A stretch of DNA of 64,000 nt from Tubulanus polymorphus (Eukaryota; Animalia; Nemertea): positions 27,438,150 to 27,502,149 of the forward strand of contig NC_134026.1 in the NCBI RefSeq assembly GCF_964204645.1. The letters run 5' to 3'. Position numbers and translations under genes: made by a program. The notes beneath the pieces were generated by a model that saw nothing but the letters and a program-made list of their open reading frames with translations, was not told where the DNA came from and did not search any database. Position 1 is the first letter of the stretch; every line of letters starts with the position of its first letter. Shown here in pieces: positions 26,907 to 39,669 of this stretch.

Positions 26907-28055
26907 CTATTTCGCTGAGCTGATCGCGACACTACTTGACACTGTAGAAATTGTAGTTTCGTTTCTTCGTTCATATCGTCGTCTTAGCGGCGGAATGAAT
27001 CGACTTACAAACTTAGCGACGTCATTACGAAACTGGGTATTTGAGGCTAAGTATACGAACCCGTTAATGACGTTGTTGAAGTAGTTGAAAAGAACGCCGA
27101 GATAGTAAATGAAGATATACGCCGGACCATGTCCATCGCAGTCGTTGAGATAAGCGCCAGTTGCGACATCCATGCTTTCATATTCCAGATATAGAAGATT
27201 AGCTATAGCTACTGGAAAGGTCAGGACAAAGAACGATAAGCAAACGACAACTACCATGATTGTGAGCTTCTTTGTGCTACTGCGGCGTTTGTTTTGCGAA
27301 GTTGTCATCTCGGCCTGTCTTTTCGTTGCCTTGCTTATCGCTGATAGAATTATCATATTTACGATAAGCAATATTGCAAATGGTACGTAGACAGATAAGC
27401 TCAGTTTAACCCAGTAATGAACGATGTTCCACGGTTGGGGAACGATCACATGACAGTTTGCGAAGCCATCCTTGTTGATAAGACGTTTGATAATAAAGCC
27501 GTCGGTAAGCGCGGCATAAGAAAAACAGATGATGAACAGGGTAATGGTTGTGATAACCCCTCGTTTAACAGTACAGATACGATTTGCTTGAAGTGGTCGG
27601 GTGACAGCGTTACATCTGTCAATTGTCATGAATACCAACAACCAAACAGCGAAATACACTGTGAAGTCCTCAAACGCTACGAGCGTCTTACAAACGGCAT
27701 CGGTCGAGGCAAAATTTTTCACATAGTTATTGGCGAGGAATATGCCAGCGTATTGCCCTATAACCAATGAATCTGCAGCGGCCAAGACAACCATATAGTA
27801 ATGGGCGGAACTTCTTCGACATCTTTCCCATGAACCAAGTAGTGTAAGTCCGTTCCCGATCAGACATAAAACTATCAAAATGTAAGGTTGATTAGTCGAC
27901 CAATAGAAGAGAACGAGAGTGCCGACACGATATTCGCTATAAAAACACGGTTTATCATTGCGCATGGTCGTCGGGGAGCTATTGGACTGCGGTAACACAG
28001 TAGACACATCAGTTGTAGTATACGGTCCAGAAACTGCTCTTAACGTAGAAGACAT
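26907..28055 (-). CDS. Class A GPCR, paralog of 23112-24197, single coding exon, 382 aa
   Basis: GN in TM1, LAAAD in TM2, TIDRCNAVTRPL, VPF..L..VN, F...FP, NNVINGFVY, NTQFR. The ATG is at 28055, after acceptor tttccag; the listed GTG start is intronic. Confidence 0.93.
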   Translation of the reverse strand: MSSTLRAVSGPYTTTDVSTVLPQSNSSPTTMRNDKPCFYSEYRVGTLVLFYWSTNQPYILIVLCLIGNGLTLLGSWERCRRSSAHYYMVVLAAADSLVIGQYAGIFLANNYVKNFASTDAVCKTLVAFEDFTVYFAVWLLVFMTIDRCNAVTRPLQANRICTVKRGVITTITLFIICFSYAALTDGFIIKRLINKDGFANCHVIVPQPWNIVHYWVKLSLSVYVPFAILLIVNMIILSAISKATKRQAEMTTSQNKRRSSTKKLTIMVVVVCLSFFVLTFPVAIANLLYLEYESMDVATGAYLNDCDGHGPAYIFIYYLGVLFNYFNNVINGFVYLASNTQFRNDVAKFVSRFIPPLRRRYERRNETTISTVSSSVAISSAK

Positions 28056-29661
28056 TTTTGCTGGAAACACAATAGACAGTTCAATAGTCCGGAAAATGTT
28101 TGTCGATTTAGTTTGATGGAGTGAAATACTAGAAAAGTTCGGCTGTCATCCGTAGATCACAATAACACTTGGGTTCTGATAACAGTCATCCGTCTTTCGT
28201 GTCAGACTGACAGAATAAGAGGATATCGCAATATACTTTGATAGACGTGGGTTTATTGCATGTATTCGTCGTAGTTGATTGATCATTTCTCTTCATTCGT
28301 CGCAATATCTTCGGGTCTTCCTGTCGTTTCGCTGATCCTTTCACGATGTTCAAGACGAAGCCCGATAAGGAGAACTATTCATTGGCCGGTGATAATCCTT
28401 TATTGCACATTAGATATCTGAAACCCCAATAATGAATTTGAAAATAAAAGAAAAATCGTAAGAAAACAATAGTGATACCAGCATTCAAACCAAAAACTAT
28501 TCTGGCATCGAAAGATCTTCGTTTTTATCTATTTAGTTCTGATTAAATTGATTTATGTCACGCGATGTAACCTATGTAACAGAAATATTTTATATATCAT
28601 CCGTTTAGACTATTTCAGAGAATAAGCTTTAAAGAAATATATGGCTTTCAGTAAATGTTTCTTACCTTTACTAGTCCAACTTGTCACTGCGAAGTTAGAC
28701 CAATAACTGCTGCAAAAGTCTCTGAAAGCCCATTGTTATTTGATGAATATTTTGCTTTTATTTTCCGAATGCTATAAGCCTGCCGGTTATCCAACGATTT
28801 ATCAAGTTTCACTTAACTGAAATGCGTACGGAAATTGCAGCCGTCATTTAAGTCACGCATCCCGAAACATTTTTTCATAATCCGAAACGAATCATTTTCT
28901 CAGGCGAGAAAAACTCCCGGGGGCCTTTTGATAGTTGAAGTTGTATGCGGAAAATTGCCATAATGGACTCCCAGTCTCATGGGACGCCGATGAAAGATTG
29001 ACACGCATGACGAAAGGTTTAAGAAGGAACGCCCAAATGCAGTTATTATTGCAAAGTCAACTCGTTTTCAAATTTTCAAATATCTCGATTTTTGTTGAAC
29101 ATGCATGTTTCAACCACACATCCAGTATTATTGGGTACACGGTATGTTAATCGTCACTGTCACATTATTCTAACCTTGGAATAGAATGGTTGTTCTACCT
29201 CCAGAAGCCAGTTTTACGTAGTACCCAGTCTTGAGTTACGTAGATTGAAATCCGGAATTAACTCAAAGTATGTGTTCAATATCGGTTATTTTTTCCGGTG
29301 CAAAGAGTAAAATTGTCGATTTCTTAATTGATCTCTCAAAGTACGATCGCTAATATCCAGAAAAGATGGTACGAAATCTGAACTAATACCCAGGTGCGGA
29401 AGACGTTAAGTCGATACAAGGTCGAGTTATTTTGATTTCCTGGGGAAAAGATACAAAAAAACACCCGAGAGAATAACAACGAAACGTTTAACAATATTCT
29501 TTATTATGAAACAAAATATATATGATATGATTCGACATGATTATACATGTATATATTATAGTTTTTTCGACACTATCCCATGAAAAGCAACGTATATGGA
29601 CATTAAGTATTAAAACTACAGTTTTTGAACTATTTCGTTGTTATTACAAAATATACAGCAT

Positions 29662-31370
29662 CTAAACATCGCTTGTTGATGATTCAGGATCGGGACCCGG
29701 GGCTACTCTGCCTCTCTTGTGTCGCCTGCGATGGTGGTTTCTTAGCGGTACGTTGTCATCCATGATTCCGGCCTGGCTCTCACGATGAGTAATACGGACG
29801 GCTCTGGGTGGATCCACGTGAACTGTAGGGGGTTTAGGAATGTTTGGTTGAGCTACACTGAGCGGGTAATCTATTTCATCGGTACCGACCATCTCCTCTT
29901 CGGGTGGCGGCTTTCTATATCTGTGTTCAGCTGAATCGATATGGCCATTAGAAATTGTGGTTATGTTTGGGTAGATGTTTGTTGTCCCAGCATCGATGAA
30001 TTTTGTCGATGGCTTTGGGTCTACATCAGTATAGCCGTTGTTACGAGATGCTCCATTAGAATCGATGAATTTCGTGGAGGGCCTTGGGCTAACATCACTA
30101 AATTCCCGGACGCTAGGTTTGCCCAACTTAGACGTTGGTACAAGACTGTAATGTTGCTTTCGCCATACATATTTCCCGGTACAAAAGGCAATCGTAAAGG
30201 CAACAATAGCCCCACCGATGCCGATAGCTATGTCTATAATGTGAAGTGCAATAGCTGCTTCTTTATTTGTTGTTACCGATAAGTTATTTTGAGTTGTATC
30301 TGTATAGTCATACGTAATTGCAATAATTGAGAGGATAACCATAAAAATGCCCCCAAAAATTGCTACGCACCCGAACACAAGTGCTGCAATAATTGGCCCA
30401 TTGGACGTTCTTTCAGCTACATTATATGAAGCAGCGATCGATAGAGCACCAGCTATTATTAGAAAACAGCCGCACCAGATGCCCGTACCGACTTGATAGA
30501 ACCAAGCCATTATTACAACTTTTCCGATTCCAGTGATAACTGCCGATATGCCAAGAATGATAGCGATGATTCCAAAAGCGTATAGGGCACTGTCATCGAA
30601 GTCTTTTCTCCTCAGTTTAGCTGTTTTGAGCGTGTCGTAAAGAGGGTTTGTCTTTTCTACGGCGATGAATAAATATGTGCCATCGTCTCCTGTTGATACT
30701 TCATGAAACCTGGTCAATTGCGAGCCATCGTCTTTTTTGTCTTTTCCTGATGGTGCGTCAACGGTGTCAATACCCCTCTCAGCGTCTGATTTACCGTAAA
30801 CCTTTCCAAGCATAGATTGTTCGACATTTTCATTGATAGGCCGGAGTACTTTTTCTTTATCGAACCGTTTTGCCTCTTCCTCGTAATACTTGAAAAGATC
30901 ATCAGTTGGCAAAGTCGACGATTTGATGCACTGGAAATATAAGTAATAGCTATATAGAAGTGCACCTATAAACAATTCATATTCTAGGTCGTTTAAATGT
31001 TTGTATTTGTTAAGCATTTCATAGCAAACTGGTTTTGGAAATGAATGAATTATTCTAACACCGCGCACATAGCACGTTCACTCGGTATGCAATTAAGGCA
31101 TCTATTTTTTTTTTATCAAACAATTATCTGACTCGTATGATAGCGTAGAAATCATTCGATTTGTCACAGAATGTGGTTTCATTTTCTAATCAATAAAGTC
31201 GAAGCAATGATATAAAAACACCATTAATTTAGATAATTAATGGTTGGATTTTCATTAGCATTGACACTTACGTTATTTTGTAATCGTCCGGCAATGATAA
31301 TTTGTCGGATCTTTCTCTCCCAAACATCAGTAATCGAACCATCGTCGCTGGACAGTTTATTTCTGTTCAT
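29662..31370 (-). CDS. CD20/MS4A-like four-transmembrane protein (copy 1); main exon 30930-29662, first exon probably 31370-31272 (alternative 31605-31471)
   Basis: Four hydrophobic helices and the CD20-domain motif VGTGIWCGCFLIIAGALSI, with a long cytoplasmic tail. Acceptor tttccag|TGC at 30930; donor AAC|GTAAGT at 31272, phase 0. Confidence 0.8.
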
Positions 31371-32499
31371 CGTCGCGTTATTTCTTTATTTCTACGATTT
31401 TTGCAACCATTTGTGGCAGTTGTGTTTCCACCATAGCCACTAGTGCAGTACTGATAGGCATGACATATACCGACTTGTCTCCAAGGCTACTACTGTTTTC
31501 AACAAAAGCGCCATGATATTGCTCGCTGAAATGTTTGTCATCAAAATATTTACGCAGCAAGGCGCTTTCCTCTACATCGATATCCGATGATGTATAAACA
31601 TCCATTGAGAATTGAGATTGACAAGAATAAGATTTTTATCTATAAGGACGAATATAACGCAAACTCAGATTGTATATCGATGTATATCATTTAGCAAAAA
31701 TAACATTTTCCTCAAATTGGTCGCACGTACGTGCTGAAAATGGTGCCTATTTCATAATGAGTGATATGTGTTAAACTAAAAAACCGGTTTTCTATTTTAT
31801 TGATATGCTCTATATGACTGTAGTTCATCAACAAAATGTGGGTCTTCTTCGCTGAAAATAAACCCGGATATGAACTTGGGGGTTGAATCGTGAATATGTG
31901 ACTTTAGCACAATGCAGCTGAGGATCTATTGACAACAATTGAATGATCGCCAAATGAACAAAAATGTTATCGAATCCCAGAAGAAAAGAAATATCACCTC
32001 ATTCTTCAATGCTTTAACGCGAAAGATTTATTTACCGTTAAGAAACACTAACTTTGATTCCAAAATGTTCAGTTGAATAACGTGTTTACATGATATTATA
32101 TAGTATTTAGCAGTTTAGAAGGTCTGTAGGATACAAATCATGACATATTTCCAGCTCCAGAAATAACTTAAAGAGTATAAAATATCATAATGATACACGA
32201 CAGAACAACAGTTGTAAAGGTTTAACGTTTCTTTTTGCAAATTCAAGAAAAATTGTTTATACGAATATTTTTTCTGTAAACATTTGGTAACAAGATTAAG
32301 ATGAGAATATACACATCGTACCGTTTACCTATGGATATTGATTATTAAAGGGTTGGTCTACTCAATGAAAGTCATTGACTTATATAGAAATACAATTTGC
32401 TTACGTACAAAACAAATATATAAATAAAGAAATAAGAAATCGTTTCAATTCTCAAATAAAAATTGTACGAATGAGAATTCATTCAAAATCATCACTATA

Positions 32500-32833
32500 A
32501 AGCCACGATCACGCGAGCAAATTAGGCCCGCACATAATTTGGCCCGGAAAAAAATGTTCACACGGTTACCAAATGGGCCCTGACTGTTTGGCCTGACCAT
32601 GGACTCTAAAACGTTTAAGAGTGCAAGGCCTGACCAAAAACGCCAGACCAGGCCCGAGCCAAATTCAAGCACGGGTCAAATTATTGCAAATGAAATTCTA
32701 CTGGTCCCGGAAGTGACTCACTTCACTTGTTGCATTGTTTAGTATCGAGTGACTGATGGTGCTCTCTAATTAGGCACCGGCTAATCCATGATCCGTACCA
32801 ATTTTGCCCGCACCAAATCGTCTCCGTGTGGTC
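32500..32833. mobile_element. Degenerate MITE-like element between the MS4A-like copies
   Basis: GC-rich patch with repeated aatt(a/t)ggcccg and ggcctgacca motifs. Imperfect inverted ends: gatcacgcgagcaaatt ... aaatcgtctccgtgtggtc. Confidence 0.45.
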
Positions 32834-32968
32834 AAATTGACAATCGGTAAAATACACGTTTGCCACGTGTATGCTGTCTTGAGCCGTATTTAGAGGATTA
32901 GTTTCGATATATCATTAGAATACTGCTCTGTACACGACTTCAAATAATTCCATCGGAAAAATAATCAA

Positions 32969-34917
32969 CTATGAACGAATGTCCATGCCGATAGTAATAT
33001 CATCTTCACGATAATCACTGCCGATATTTTTCTTCAACATGAAATTACCATTTGCGGTCGAATCTTTCTCGATGAAAGAACTATACAGAGGATTCTGTTC
33101 GACTACAGATATGGTCGGATTCGTGAATTTTGTCGTCGAATCCAAACGGTCGCTTTGATCAGGCCGAATATTCAAATTCATATCGTTTATTCGCTGAGAA
33201 TTGATCTCGGTTGTTGTATTCTGAGTTTGTATCAACGATCGAGGCACCAGGGTGGTGTGGTGCCGTCGGTAGATGTATTTACCAGCCACCAAAATCAGAA
33301 TTATAGCCGCAATAAGTCCTGCTAATCCGATGGCAATATCGACGATATGTACGAAAACAGCACCTTCTCTCGAGGACGCCACTGACGCGGTTGCAAACGA
33401 AGTTTGAGTGTAGTCATAAACGATTCCAATTATGGCTAAAATCAGCAAAATCAAAGCGGAAACGGTTGCTAAAGTAGCCAGCCCCAAGCACAGATATAAC
33501 GGTACGTTTGAAGTTCCCATAAAGATGTTGTGGGATGCCCTTATTGCAAAGATTCCACAAGCAATAAGGATGATACCGCACCATAGTCCCGTACCAACAA
33601 AGTAGAAATATGCTTTGACACCAATACCGATACAACCAAAGATGAAACATACTACTCCCAATAGAATTATGACTCCCCCGAACGCGTACGTAGCATTATC
33701 GTCGAAGTCCTTGCGTCTCAGATGAGCTGCTTTTAATGTAGGGTACAATGGATTATTTCTGTTCAGAGCCAAAAAGACATAGCTACCCGTGCGGTCACGG
33801 GAATGAGAAACCTCTTTGAATTCTACGCGACTGTTATCATGTGCCTCGCGATAGTAGCCAGAAGTAAGTTCGTGAATATCAGCAGCAGGGTTTACGGTTC
33901 CACCCGCATCATCAGTGACTGCCCAGTCTGTACGTGTTTGCTGCTCGTAATATTTATAATCTCCTTCGTCGGGTAAAGTAGACGATCTAATACACTGTAA
34001 ATACAGACAAATGTTTTCAATTAATTTTATACTCAGTCAACGAATATCTAAATGAATTTCTAATTTGTCAAATTATTCAATGAAATTATCGAATCTTTCT
34101 ATATAGCTCAAATTTCGACATGTCATATTATTTAATGGAAATTTAAAACAATATCATTCTGCACTTTCATCTTTTAGACTTCAGAGCAAAGTTCCAAGAA
34201 CACAATTTTCTGAAATGTGTCATTTAATTAATTCATCATTAGTCGATACATAAATCTCCTCCCGTCCGCGATATTCAAACATCTGCTTCACATTCAAACT
34301 ACGGTTTCGTGTATACGACACATTTTCTATGTGATTAGATATAACGGATAACTACAATATCTCGATGACAATATCTCAATCAATATTCAAATTAGATGAA
34401 TACATCGCCAATGATAATCCTTTTTATAGAATAAAAGCTCCGCTTTTCAGTCGATGTTGCTATAGATATTGCGATGACATAGGACACACGACAGGTGTTC
34501 TTAGCGATCAAGATTTCCACAGCAATGAAGATGACATTTGCCTTTGTAGACATAGCCATATATATGTTTGTACACATTGCTTGCATCGTTGTCCAACCTT
34601 TTCTCAGTTAAATACATGTATGAATAAGAAAGAATGCTGATAGGTTTCGTCACAATGTTAATATTGAATGTTGAAAGTCGCTCCGTGATGTGGACCCCTG
34701 ATTTCCCATCAACTTTTACAGCGAAGAGAAATCGAAAGTAGGTTTACTGCATATATCCAGTAGGGAATTTAAAGAAAAAATTAATTACCTCAATGTATGT
34801 GATTTCATTTCCTTCATTATCAAAATCCTCATAATTACATTGCGTTGATTTAAAAATTGGATTACGTCCGAAACTATTTTTGCCATCCTTCATCAATATT
34901 CTCTTCCTGTTATACAT
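32969..34917 (-). CDS. CD20/MS4A-like four-transmembrane protein (copy 2); main exon 33994-32969, first exon 34917-34789
   Basis: Paralog of copy 1 (CIRSSTLP vs CIKSSTLP; NPLYPTLKAAHLRRKDFDD vs NPLYDTLKTAKLRRKDFDD; VGTGLWCG). Acceptor tttacag at 33995; upstream exon MYNRKRIL...EITYIE ends GAG|GTAATT in phase 0. Confidence 0.8.
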
Positions 34918-35884
34918 TATTGGCGCATGTTTGATTCACCTGTTCCTATCTAAATCCAGCGCTCTTTTGAGACTTCCACAATGATATTTTTCCGATAGCA
35001 CAGTTGGTCGACATTAATTGTAAATTAAAACAACCTACGTACGAGAGCCTTGCATTACGAACAAGGCGCGGAATGATATCATGCTTCTACTTCTATTTCC
35101 ACGTAAAATACACACAAAAATTTGTCGGGTAACAGCTTGTGTACCTCAGAGAATAAAGGCGCCATACATTTAATGTTTGGTTATCATTTGTGCAGCTGTA
35201 CTGAGCCCTCACAGCGGTAAGCAACCCAAAACCATATATAATACGAAGAATTAACCCTTTCATCGGGGATTTTATGTTGTCAGAACAAACGGAAATCCAT
35301 ATTTAGCATCCGGTCTGAAAATGCTGCAAATATGGGCGTTGAAAAGAGATTGACGTTAGCAAATATGAACGTTAATTTTCTCGCGCAACTTATGGAAATT
35401 TTATTACAAAGGAAACTAAAGCGTCATGTTATTTTATATTGCAGTTAAATGCATCAATCCGAACGTTAAGACCCGTTTAGTTGTTATTTGAATACATCTA
35501 GAAATGGTGAAATGGGTGGACATGGATTAACTCAAAGGTTATTTGTTGCGACGTATGATATGATATGATTTATGTTTCATGTACTGTAACAAGAAAACTA
35601 ATTACATACTCAAAAGTTTATTGAAGCCTTAATTGATGCGTATTAACTGTCAATATATAAAAACTGTTAAGGTTTTTTTGGCGACAACAAATTGCCAAAA
35701 TCGTAAAGAGCATCTGGACGGGAGGGGCGAAGAGCTAATCTTGCTTTCATCACATCGTGAAATAGAGCCCAACGGAAACATGGGAAACATGGGCGTCTGT
35801 TTCCTTTCACGCGTTCACGGCACCGGGAAAATGATTCTTTAATTAATATCGTGATCAATCAGTCGTCTGTTCGTCTGACTCATA

Positions 35885-36095
35885 TCGATCTATCAAATGC
35901 AAACGATTGACGCAATGGATGCAATTTATTCCCTGTGTTCGAAAATACAAAAGTTTATCAACGAAATAAGGAATAATTTCGTAATATTTTATAAAATCGA
36001 CTGATTTATTTGATTATCGATTCATCAAATGCAGATGATAGACGCAATAGACGCAATTTAGCTCCTGTGTTAGAAAATATAAGTTCAGGAATAAT
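35885..36095. repeat. Imperfect local tandem duplication (~130-bp period)
   Basis: atcaaatgcaaacgattgacgcaatggatgcaatttattccctgtgttcgaaaata recurs as atcaaatgcagatgatagacgcaatagacgcaatttagctcctgtgttagaaaata. Confidence 0.75.
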
Positions 36096-37752
36096 TTCTG
36101 ATAATTTGCTTGGAAGTGGTTCACTTGGATTGACTTGTATCACGTATATCGGTGTCTATCGGAGACTGACCACTGATATATAGAATAGCAGGGAAATGTA
36201 AGACTACTCCCCTCATATATTAAACAATTCACAAATCGCACCGCCCTAAAGTTGCGACATTGCTATGACACTAACATGTGTTACATATTCATTGACCCAG
36301 ATTAAGCAAAATATATACATATGCGCAAAATATATTGAATTGAAAATATCAAAAACAAAACAAAATTCTACTGAAGAATCAGACTATGTTTTACCTTATG
36401 TTCGATCGGGTGAATGCAATGAGTAGATACTGAAGGGGATGGATATATCCTGTTACGGTTTAAGATTCCCATAAAAACGAATTTGGTTATATTGCTGCTG
36501 CCTCGATGAAAGAATGAAATCTCATTACGATGTGACTGCTCATCACTCAATACATGACTGGCCGGATCGAAATATATATGGCATGGTAATCCTTATAGAG
36601 GCTTATCACTAGAAGACCACGGGTACTACAATTCTTGTCAGAGCAATTAATCTGCAAGTGATTGATAGTAACAACCATCTCATAGATTAATCACTTCACA
36701 GATTTTTTTTGCAATTTCTTAATCTACCATTGAAATCTGTACATAACGATATCGGTCATCGATTTCACGGTATTTTATAGCTGATATTTCAAAAGGAGAT
36801 ATTTCAAAGTTAAATCTTGATGAAATCATAGATATTACAGCTGTTCTCTTTTGCTAATATCGGCTTATCCGCGATCAAAATGTAACGATATGTAATCTAT
36901 GATATGTGAAATACATAGAATTGCGTTAAATTGCAGGGCGGAATTCCAGGTGAATCCCCACGAGTAGGAAATGAAAACGACTTGCGACCTTATCTTGAAA
37001 TTGTGACCGACAGATCCTGATTAGTTTTAAAATATCTGATTCGTGCCGATGGATCGTAAATAAAAGTCAATCAGGCGAATATTGATTCGGTGGGTTTCAC
37101 TGTTCAGAAGTCATAAACAGCACTTTCCCGTGGTGTATTCACCACATAAACGCAACAAACGCACCTTCAGGAAATACATGACGTCGACTTTCGTACGGTT
37201 AATGACAAAATAAGAAACTCTTTATGAGTCATCAATCTACCAGGCTTTTTCTAATCTACGTCTAAAAACAATTAGCTAGTGCTGCTATAATCAAAAGAAA
37301 ACGTTCCTTTGAATATCGCGTTTTACTTACATAAATTCCCGTTCTCCGTAACATTTTTTTGATTTTCGGCTGCTCCGAGTAACGGGTATATTTTGATTAT
37401 ATAAAATCATAGGCGTGATAACCGATTACCATATGTGTTTGATAATGTATAAAATAAATTTACACCAAGATTAGTATGGTCCTGTTGCCAACTGTTGCCT
37501 GACATACATATAAAAGATTTGAAAATGTAAAAAGAACGCCCTATATGGAACAAATGCTACCAACCAATGGCAAAATAATGTAAACGAAAACGCAATATGC
37601 TGTCACACGTGTGCGGCGAATATTTCGATTTTCTTCTAAAATTTCTGACTCATTGTTTAATTAGAGTATGACTGGAAAATCATACCGAGTCCAACAGTTC
37701 TTTCAAATGATAGTTTGCGTTACCGAAAAGATCAGAGAGTTCTTGCACTTAC

Positions 37753-37872
37753 CCGTCGACGGTGTTTCAGAGGATCCTTTCTCGTAGTTCGAGGTGTAGA
37801 CCAAACCTTCCTCACCGGTTCAAAAAGGACCCCTGTAAAACTGGACCCTTCAGGTGCCACGCCAACTTTCAT
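37753..37872 (-). CDS. Candidate 40-codon first exon (MKVGVAPEG...KHRRR), possibly an alternative start for MS4A-like copy 2
   Basis: ATG in aagATGa context, open frame, perfect donor CGG|GTAAGT in phase 0, and higher GC than its surroundings. Confidence 0.45.
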
Positions 37873-38494
37873 CTTCTTTACGATTCACATACTGCCGTCC
37901 GTGTTACAAATAATATCTCCATGTGACAATGCTAGATTGGCATTAGTGAAAACGTGTCATGAATGTTATTGTTTCCGATTAGGAGACTCCAATAAATTCT
38001 ACTCTATTCATAATTCATTAAGTAATAAACATAGATCTAAAAAAATCCCCAATTGTGTGGTATCTATTGATATAATTGAACCTATCACAAATTAATCATA
38101 AATGAGAAACGCGAATTTCACCGGGAAACGTTATGCAACCATATACATGTAGGGTACCGTTTAACTTGACAGTACATGTATATGCCATTTTGATAGATTC
38201 CTATTTAATGAAATTAAATCGGATGAATGAATGATTCTTGTTAGCTAATAGCCTTGGCTTACTATGGCAACCGTCGAATATACAAATTAAATAGCTTATC
38301 AACATCATCTCTGGAAATGGGACGAATTATAATCAGATCTTGAGTGAACAAGGAACTGATACATTTTGTTCACTGTATATTCACATATTTAGTTTTTTTT
38401 TTCTAAATCAGTTTAGCAGAATATATTGTTTGCGGAAAATCCAGTTTCTGTTCAGAAGATCTATACATTTTCAGTATTGAGAGTATCGTTTCGT

Positions 38495-39301
38495 CTATGG
38501 CTGGCGTGAAATTTTTCCTATCGACTTTCTTTGTAGCTCAGGAGTTGGAGAACAAACGGCTGCCGCGTATCCGTTTGTTAAAGCAGCAATATATTCCACA
38601 TCAGACGGATTCAGGCGAGACGCTCTCCGTTTCTCGATTTCAAGTTTCCAACTGCAATCCTGCAAACAATTCACGCGTTTAATGCAAGGTGACGTCGGTC
38701 TTACATCCGTTTCGAAACATTCCACGGAAAATGTAAACTGTTTCTTTAATTGCGGGGAAGCGAGCGGAGATGTAAGTAAATAAGGACGTTGATTATCATT
38801 CATACCGACGGGCAGCTGAAATCGATGGGAACACTCGCGATGACGTTTCAGCCGCGATTCCCCGGCTATATTCAGTCCACTCACTAAACATTTTTTAGTT
38901 CCTAGCATATCACACGTATCCTGATCGTGTTTAAGCATTTCACCTTCATTAGTTGTGCATATAACCTTTGGCTCACGGTTTAACAGTTTCCGAGGTTTTT
39001 CGCTTGTCTTCCCAACTTTTGAAAGCATCGGTTGGGAAAGTTTTTCCCTCTGCAACAAACGGTCGCCTGAATTCGATTTTACTTTCCGCAACTTCTCTAG
39101 ATCAAGTTCAACTTGATGTAGATTCTGATTTGCATACCTTTCAAAATATTTCTCCTCCAAATTGACGTGCGCCAAATATTGTTCCAATGTGTACGTTTCG
39201 CGTTTATTTTTCTTCAAAACTTTCTGACGAACTGATTCACTTAAAATGTCGAAATAACGAGATTCTGGAAGACCACCACTGACGCGTTTGTTATCAGCCA
39301 T
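38495..39301 (-). CDS. Uncharacterized 268-aa hydrophilic, basic protein (single coding exon)
   Basis: An 807-nt open frame is unlikely by chance in AT-rich DNA. Acceptor ctttactttag lies 5 nt before ATGGCT. Helical N-terminal region and SP-rich C-terminal half; family not recognised. Confidence 0.7.
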   Translation of the reverse strand: MADNKRVSGGLPESRYFDILSESVRQKVLKKNKRETYTLEQYLAHVNLEEKYFERYANQNLHQVELDLEKLRKVKSNSGDRLLQREKLSQPMLSKVGKTSEKPRKLLNREPKVICTTNEGEMLKHDQDTCDMLGTKKCLVSGLNIAGESRLKRHRECSHRFQLPVGMNDNQRPYLLTSPLASPQLKKQFTFSVECFETDVRPTSPCIKRVNCLQDCSWKLEIEKRRASRLNPSDVEYIAALTNGYAAAVCSPTPELQRKSIGKISRQP

Positions 39302-39669
39302 ACGGACTAAAGTAAAGGCAAATTTCCTAAGGCTTTGAGAGGTTACGAATATGTTCACTAGTTCATAATGCTAATACGATTGGGAAATATATGTGTGGAA
39401 TTCCTAATTAGCATGGAATTGAGTTACGAATGGTAATTAATTCCGATGAAACAATACCCGCGTGACCTTTTTTCATTTACATCATCTGCTTAAAGCTACA
39501 GAAGGAAACAAGTCATACAGTATACACTAAAAGCTTTCATTTTATTGGAAAATTGGAGCATATCAGGAATTCAAGCAAACAAAAATACACTACCGTTCTC
39601 AACTAATTACAATATGGGCACAATTTTTCTGCACTTTAAGAATGCATGTCCGAAAAAATGCTGGAAGAT

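Noticed and set aside
23199-30282. Antisense and off-frame ORFs within the GPCR and MS4A-like exons
   Set aside because: Shadows of real coding sequence with no independent motifs.
30931-31068. N-terminal 46 aa of the listed 468-aa ORF
   Set aside because: Intronic read-through; a clear acceptor sits at 30931 and paralog similarity starts exactly there.
34936-35010. LSEKYHCG frame resembling FSEQYHG in the copy-1 upstream ORF
   Set aside because: The match is too short, has no start codon and is bounded by stops; it could be chance.
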